A stretch of 64,000 nucleotides of DNA from Verrucomicrobiota bacterium (GTDB taxonomy: Bacteria > Verrucomicrobiota > Verrucomicrobiia > Limisphaerales > JAFGQR01): NCBI GenBank assembly GCA_016935555.1, contig JAFGQR010000096.1:36551-100550 (forward strand). The letters are read 5' to 3'. The notes under the pieces are model-generated. The model made no database searches and was not told where the DNA came from. It was given only the letters and a program-made list of their open reading frames with translations. Numbering within the stretch: position 1 is the stretch's first letter; every line of letters begins with the position of its first letter. A program made the position numbers and the translations under genes. Shown piece by piece: positions 61,301 through 64,000 of the stretch.

Positions 61301-64000
61301 TTGGCGCCGAAGAACCACTGGTACGTGAGCGGCGGGGTGCCGGTGGCGGTCACGGTGAAGGTGGCGGGGTCGCAGACGGCCACGGTCTGGCTGGCGGGCT
61401 GGACGGTGATGGCGGGTTTTTCAACGACCATCAGGGTGCCGTCGGTCATCAGGCTGCCGACTTTCCAGGCGAGTTCCGGCGCGAGGTCGGGCAGGATCAC
61501 GGTGTCGAAGCTGCCGGCGAATTCGGCGGCGTCGAACAGGTTGAACGTGTCGCCGGGCTGGAGGGCGGCGCCGGTGTTGACGACCTGGAGGGTGCCGCCG
61601 CAGGTCAGGACGGTGACACCGGCAAGCAGGTCGCTGTTCGGGGAGGCGTCGCGGTCGAGTTCCATGACGGTGGTGCCGGAGAGCGTGACGGCGTTGTTGA
61701 CGGTGAAGGTGCCGAGGCTGGTGCCGGGAGCGAACGTGCCGCCGACGGCGACGGTCATGGGCCCCGCGAGCGAACCGATGCCGCCCAAGACGCCGGCGTT
61801 GACGAGGGTGAGGCCTTCGTAGGTGTTGCCGCCATTGAGCAAGAGAATGCCGGCGCCGTCCTTCGTCAGGCCGCCGACCCCGCTCAGAATGCCGGAGAGC
61901 GTGACGGTGTAGGCGTCGGGGTTCACGATGGGCATGGTCTCGGTCCCGACCAGGTTCATGTTGAGAGCGGAGGCCCAGTTGGCGGAAGCGCCCAGCGTGC
62001 CGCCCTTGAGGTTGACGACGTAGGTGTTGGCTGCGTTGGCGGTGCCGATGCCCGAAGGCCCGACAATGAAGGTGCCGCCTTCGAGGTTGAAGGTGTCGTC
62101 ACCGGCGCTGTTGCCGCGGTTGTCCAAGCCCAAGCCGTGGGCGCGCACCGTGCCGCCCTTCTGGGTGAAGATGCCGGTGCCGTCGACGCCGATGTACAGG
62201 ACTCCGTTCTGCTCGCTGGTGCCGAACGCCGCGCCGCCCGGGGTGCCGACCAGCGTGAGCTGGCCGCCTTCCATCGTGTAGGTGCTGGTTTCGGTGGGCC
62301 AGTGGCCGACGCGCATGCTGTAGTTGACGGTGACATCGCCGCCGGTTTGGACGACATCGCCGGGCATGCTGGCGGGGTTGCCGAGCATGAGGTGGCCCAT
62401 CCTGGCACTGGCGGTGCCCTGGACGATGAGTTTGCCCGGGACATCGCGGCCGACTTCGACGTTGCCAGTGATGTCGATGGTGGCGGTGCCGTCCCAAACC
62501 ACCCCGGCGGGCGTGCGGATTCCCATGCCGGCGGCGCCGAGCACGCTGAAGGGTTGGGTGTAGGTGTCGGAGCGCTCGATATCGACGCGGCCGCTGGTGG
62601 TATAGACGGTGCCGAGGATGGAGCCGCTGGGGCCGCCGTTGCCGATGCGCAGGTAACCGCCTTGCACCACAGTGTTGCCGGAGTAGGTGTTGTCCGCGCC
62701 GAGCACCAGGGTGCCGCTGTTGGCCTTGATGAGGCTGCCGGGGCCGTCGATGACGTTGAGCAACCGCAGGGTGGCGCTCATGGTGAGCGTGTTGGCGCCG
62801 TTGAGCGTGATGGGGCCGGTGAAGAAATTATCGCCGTTGTTGTTGATCCAGGTGCCGTTGTTCATCACCATCATCTTGTCGATCGGAGTGGCGGCGTTGT
62901 TGTTGGCATAGAATGCCAGGCTGGCGCCCGGGTTGACCGTGAGGCTGTCCAGGGGATCGCCCATGGTGGTGGTGCCCTGGATGCCGAGAATGCCCTGGTT
63001 GATGCTGATGTTGCGAACCCCGATGTCGCCGAGGTTGACCAGCCAAGTCTCGTTTGGCCCGACCTTCGTCAGGTTGAACGAGTTGCCCGTCAGCGCCGCC
63101 GGCGTGGTGGACGGGTTGTCGGTTCGGATGTCCCACCGCCCGACGCCTCCGAAGGTGGTGTCGCCAAGCAGCGTCACAAATCGCGTGGCATTATTCTGGC
63201 CGCCGCCACTGTTGTAGATGGCCCCGGCGCCACCGACGCCCGCACCGGAAACGGTGATGGGTTCGTTGCCGAGGCTCTGGCCGTTGACGTCCAAGGTCGC
63301 GCCATCGGCGACAACCGTGCCGGCGGCGACCGTGCCGAGGGCGGCGGCGTTGCCGGTCCGGAGCGTGCCGGCGGCGACGGTGACGGGGCCGTCCATGGCG
63401 GAATTGGCGGCGCTCAGGATCATGAGGCCCGCGCCTTGTTTTTCGACGCTGCCGGCGCCGCTGATGGCGTTGGGGACGGTGACGGCATCGCTGCGGTTGA
63501 AGACGAGGGTCCCGCTGTTGGCGATGGCGGCGGTGTTAAGGTTGCCGCCGGTGCCGCCATTGCCCACTTCCAGCGTGCCGGCCTCGATGGTGGTGGTCCC
63601 GCTGTTGTCATTCACCCCCGCATTCGCAATCGTCAGTTTGCCGGCGCCTTGCTTGAGGATGGCGGACGGACCGCTCAGCTTGCCCGAGCCGGTCCAAGTG
63701 AAGTTCTTGGTCTCGTTGCTGACGACGAGGCTCGCCGGGGTGACGGTGCCGGCCAAGGTCGCCGTCGTGCCGCTCGCAGTGTCGTCGAAGCGCACGTCGT
63801 CGCCCTGGAAGAACGCATCCGCCGCAGCCAGGCTGTTCAGCCAGTTGGCGGTGGTTTTCACGTCCCACACCGTTTCGCTTCCGGGAACGTTGCCCTGCCA
63901 GGTCAGGTCTTCGGGGCCTGCACCCAGCGCCGCGGCCCAGACGAGGATGCTGCCGGGGGAGGTGGTGGGGTCGAGGGTGAAGGTGTAGCGCGAATCCGAG
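49318..64000 (-). CDS. giant multidomain surface adhesin-like protein (N-terminus off-window)
   Basis: The frame is open to the window edge: codons upstream of the GTG at 63870 read ...LTWQGNVPGSETV with no stop. At least 4893 codons are in the window. By eye, N- to C-terminus: autotransporter-associated beta-strand repeats (GAGKLTIANAG..GTTTIEAGTLEVGNGG), Ig (I-set-like) repeats, HYR-like repeats, a proprotein-convertase P-domain, DUF11-like repeats, PA14 domains, a discoidin-like domain, two tandem ConA/LamG-like domains, a cadherin-like segment, HYR x3, and a C-terminal FYRL module. Confidence 0.9.
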   Translation of the reverse strand, partial: SDSRYTFTLDPTTSPGSILVWAAALGAGPEDLTWQGNVPGSETVWDVKTTANWLNSLAAADAFFQGDDVRFDDTASGTTATLAGTVTPASLVVSNETKNFTWTGSGKLSGPSAILKQGAGKLTIANAGVNDNSGTTTIEAGTLEVGNGGTGGNLNTAAIANSGTLVFNRSDAVTVPNAISGAGSVEKQGAGLMILSAANSAMDGPVTVAAGTLRTGNAAALGTVAAGTVVADGATLDVNGQSLGNEPITVSGAGVGGAGAIYNSGGGQNNATRFVTLLGDTTFGGVGRWDIRTDNPSTTPAALTGNSFNLTKVGPNETWLVNLGDIGVRNISINQGILGIQGTTTMGDPLDSLTVNPGASLAFYANNNAATPIDKMMVMNNGTWINNNGDNFFTGPITLNGANTLTMSATLRLLNVIDGPGSLIKANSGTLVLGADNTYSGNTVVQGGYLRIGNGGPSGSILGTVYTTSGRVDIERSDTYTQPFSVLGAAGMGIRTPAGVVWDGTATIDITGNVEVGRDVPGKLIVQGTASARMGHLMLGNPASMPGDVVQTGGDVTVNYSMRVGHWPTETSTYTMEGGQLTLVGTPGGAAFGTSEQNGVLYIGVDGTGIFTQKGGTVRAHGLGLDNRGNSAGDDTFNLEGGTFIVGPSGIGTANAANTYVVNLKGGTLGASANWASALNMNLVGTETMPIVNPDAYTVTLSGILSGVGGLTKDGAGILLLNGGNTYEGLTLVNAGVLGGIGSLAGPMTVAVGGTFAPGTSLGTFTVNNAVTLSGTTVMELDRDASPNSDLLAGVTVLTCGGTLQVVNTGAALQPGDTFNLFDAAEFAGSFDTVILPDLAPELAWKVGSLMTDGTLMVVEKPAITVQPASQTVAVCDPATFTVTATGTPPLTYQWFFGANPIPDATAATFTLAKVAVADAGDYSVLVSNGEQSVTSASASLTVGPDVTDPVIVTCTPDRTLACGQLGEVNTCVFSTLAYDNSVKDLTNRFNPGLAEVGDEIILDGTARQAQQFVFEYWGANSGQPAFVGTVQARVRFYANDGAPYNGYPTPGTVLYDSGDFPVDATERATLIIDDFTSDAAVPLAGPLPDQFTWSVQFSGLDATDSAGLDLFSPPVIGSTFPDYWERAGTDWTLKTNATIAVDFAAQITAIDPSRTCVALPDLTGDLVATDNCEIVSVSQSPAAGTLLALGDTSVAFTVQDAAGNSAGCVMTVTVAPLPGVSVDDHVICSGESVTLVLETEMTDASYLWSPGGETTRDITVSPMETTVYEVVVTDNLSGLHNSASATVTVNPSPVVTVNSEYGCPDLPVTLTATHNVANPRFLWAPGGETTPSITFVPTETATYTVTVTDQDTGCATTASGTVTFKGWNLFANTNPIVINDALAASPYPSTITVSGLDATLCRLTVTISNLSHRFPDDIDIILVTPSGEKSYVLSDAGFYQGIDDVTLVFDDLAPAMLAEDDLILSGTYKPTNYGAKRDGTPDTMPAPAPVGPYPTNFTHFNGINPNGVWSLYVFDDALEDAGLIADGWSLAMSTATPFTDVQLTVDDVPDPVAVGSTLTYTLTAANPGPSPASGLVVVDTLPAGVTFVSATASQGACTEAAGVVTCDLGDLAIGASATITLEVIPTAVAELVTSASLTCETLEFDTANNTATATTTALEAPAITGAPVDAFACVGGDASFNVVASGSAPLTYQWYLGADPIPDATNSVLTFSGVQAENLGAYTVAVINPVGSANATATLAFYPAPTITAQPASTGSPMGNSATFSVTVSSDAPPTYQWSFNGTPIEGATGATLELSNLTFADAGAYQVVVGNCGGQSVTSDPAILTVTPIAGISFDFNTPGQYASTPYWWEGADWINNVLPNPAIESLTGGIGGSGGVDFNGTVTSDNTSMCVPVGYDFSLNGKTLVASVMVKVKDATGNGRNTQLGFVTATNAWNAGRSARGINDDNPQGFMTVILQCTANATETYQLRLQTRRTDGGIAEVTPSPTPQAALAIGTWYKLVATFANITGTAADTLTVSGMLQEMGPDGTTPGAVVMSYPPVSVLNPSLVQQKSMFLAVRTANQNTLGPDFWDNLYAYANPGPVYFVAQPASQTVVQGSTVTFRALVDGEAPYTYQWQKSDGLGGFADIPGAGNWKYTTPQAVLSDDNTQYRVVVTGPANSVTSEPATLTVQPLELAVVSAGSADGLTVGVRFNQPVDKTSAENPAHYTINGAPVLRALLRPDERAVSLTPSAILTGVFTVEVQNVVDLSGGALGAQNSASGTVAGLTSVDVNAPLTPGETFSDADGAFELIGGGADIWGTADQFHYVYGQHTGDFDVRMQVPRMDIVRTPSKAAFVMRESLDPPSRMLFVEVNPMWPARQYYSAGKRDAYGASANGWQSSRPTASYPNAWMRFRRVGDTFTVFAGTDGLNWAQFGQTTAVYPETVYLGIGACAVVNASGTPFRTTIQAYSDVPGYPGSSIVLLSDPADVTVNAGATATLSAAAVAVGAPNNEIGFVWQRSDGAGGWVNVPGANSAPNLGVGESGATNSFTTGPLYPADNGAQFRVIAKIPGDGSVTSAVATVTVGDTTPPTLVSAAVPALDIYQVVLVFSEPLSDTATVTANYAVKNAGGADMGVVSAVFFGTDPRTVILTTTAQLVQGSYTVTVNNVQDLNGNTIAPDATLGFDSSGVPTQPVVIEAYQDVGTGDGVSVLLNHALYTAGNPTFITYDTIFAFNPNINNFQDGYGVKAYTYYVPPTTGTYKFWVRNDDDIELWMNTSGTDPAGATRRVNQTSASGYNARLQNVNLTGGQPYYMEVRLKENSGNDGFSIVPRYQSDGSTPAAGSGAYTGIGTFLYPAAVAPRAPTIVEIYTGQGGSDLANLAAATNLANFVSHTPTRSGYSKYLAFQPGLQNTRYDNYVGRLCSYFVAPSNGLYRFWIRSDDASQLFMNTNAVNSTDPAGAKLLASQNGYNANYTTSAQNVPLVGGQKYYIEGRWKEGTGGDGMTVAVRAQSDGATPPNTEWIRENLLEFPAELDASLGAIAAMSLTPVNPSVGDGQTVTFTVSGITGSRKGFGYLWLKNGQPISAPNAATFTTPALSADDDGAVFSVLLTNQFSSATLASTVTVTTDTTPPQVIIAAGSQGYDQVTVLFDEPLDLATATYVPNYQISGTPSGVDILYASLDATRTSVTLWTTLQTPGQVYTLDIAGVRDVSTAQNTLNTSTNFTAWNAGGTGVYVELFTNISGTAVANLMADAKYQKNLPDLTGYVPTFGFATYTPGFNNFTPFSGNPALDNYGVRMSALFVPPSNGVYRFYIKSDDASQLFINPNGPSRTADLVIPTSGNHPGGEHAGYAIDNNAATKYLNFDKLNAGFTLVPRAGATVVAGLRLTTANDWPERDPMTFILEGTTGSPTAGPWIPIASGSTELAGVTARLTPGPTVSFANADAYTAYRIVFPTIRSPFVANCMQVAEVEFLDASGADIADPGRMLVAREDDCCDAYGDASGGPSTADLPMLGGQAYYIELLGKEGGGGDYFHVAVRGLDDTGAPVGGDPVGAAGSVTADVIPGEFLSPFGNPDINRLDVTQTPPSDVYATENDIVTLSAQAAAFPPQLGPMTLWQWSRYDAASGTFIPFPGATSSNFTFFAALADDGVQYRLRVSLPGTLPYDFLITMHVAPDVTPPYMVSANSIDGNVIDVQFNERLDPQTAFDFFNYRVFVGINEVFIGELIPRPDGTALTLKLTEGSYVPMTQPFTVEAIGICDVASMPNCGDSSTNGAVEFLTPLDINTVLPGSDWNPIKGSIDMTADGADIWGTADGMRFAYREVTGNFDIKVRVEDLVRADNWTKAGLMARASTNATAPNVTMLVTPTTGQNTHTFQWRYTEGASSASIHRTSTPPGPADPPAYPNAWVRLQRLGSIFAGYFSTDGVNWTLQAARDVATNVTAPFPATMLVGLAVTSHTTSSNTVATFRDLYFPQPATIDVQPEPAYLVKALHESASYSVVASVPPDSGTISYQWWKDGAPIPGATDATLNLADLQVANSGTYFVTVSGDGGGEASNPVTLVVSNTLPVTVADTFNTTQNAALTFPVADLLANDTDPEGDPLSVLYVSGLPPTTFTADFNDGLVPAGASIYGTGGGGVMDVVGGAGDSGCAKLTLNAASQAGSLILNELTPGKRVSGFTATFKLRIGDASTEPADGISFNFASDLPIGATTPAAAENGGGSGISFCIDSYRFATYPTGGTANTSGMKVRYGNVDIAGVQTLTWNGPGYATVNITLAPDGAFTVMIDGTNVFGTLMLPYVPTTGRFGIYARTGGQYQTHWLDDLSITVLTVDTARGYALGGSLYGNAYVKTTTGVGDSGALHLTDNVNSQSGAFVINELTPGVGIDSFTASFKLRIGDGTSDAADGFSFNLASDLPDGTAPDVEEGVGTGLSLCVDNYPAAGPDAPAFKLKWGGALLGQVIIPKWNDPNYLPITINLDADGTLDVLVAGTNFVADVPTPYLPVIGRFGLFARTGGQNQTHWVDDLSITAVAGGTTVAYVQDFDSGGPGQVTMTGGVVTYTPPGDGCGTDQFYYVASDGQLGGLAVEQVTVNIAEGTPEPPVITSCPVDFTLALDAATCVASMPDLTGSVMTTDNCCCVTVSQMPAAGVTLNAGVYPVVLTATDSAGLTDTCTVLVTVTDQSAPLFSLCPEPQFLKADAACQASLPDYTLLVVATDCSSFVLTQNPAPGAALLVNSTTLVDVVATDLTGLTATCTVTVVVQDITPPEMTCPSSQVVTVDPATCTVAVPDFVALAVATDNCGVPIVTQTPPAGTLVGVGITNVVVTATDVGGNIAVCNVSFEVTDPVSARLSIALNGANVVIAWPKTCTAYQLMQASNLNAPIAWSQVAEPPALVGDHYEVAIPATSAAIFYRLQRQ

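Overview
High-G+C bacterial chromosomal segment. The gene content suggests the PVC superphylum, most likely Verrucomicrobiota: an H-X9-DG prepilin-like protein, autotransporter-associated beta-strand repeats, giant Ig/PA14/HYR adhesins, and many lipoproteins. This taxonomic call is inference only.

About 40 protein genes and one tRNA are supported.
- Housekeeping genes: sigma-70 3' fragment, apt, rho, cysK, coaB-like, holA, der, rimO, pgsA, pgpA, pcm and class II nrdJ.
- A ribose-type ABC importer with ribokinase.
- A beta-CASP nuclease directly upstream of an AddB-type helicase-nuclease.
- Several large secreted proteins: an S8 peptidase, an 8x IPT protein, a duplicated-jelly-roll protein, and an adhesin of at least 4893 codons that runs off the right edge.

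The ORF track also uses GTG/TTG starts. It contains many very long antisense or off-frame ORFs that are typical GC-rich artefacts, and these were rejected. No CRISPR array, transposase, integrase or recognisable defence operon is visible.

Items most worth follow-up:
1. A translationally coupled SAM-methyltransferase / radical-SAM (Cys-rich C-terminus) two-gene cassette behind an isolated AT-rich, palindrome-containing promoter-like island.
2. A ~60-70 aa C-terminal module ending in aromatic-aromatic-R-[LV], shared by four otherwise unrelated secreted proteins. It may be a sorting or anchoring tag.
3. A duplicated 98-bp AT-rich palindromic element between der and tRNA-Phe.
4. Two related REP-like hairpin families sharing the 12-mer GCATTTCTCACC, placed exactly at gene 3' ends.
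5. Candidate tandem NrdR boxes and a G-tract-rich leader in front of nrdJ.
6. Other dispersed or tandem intergenic repeats.

All functional calls come from motif recognition by eye. No database search was run.
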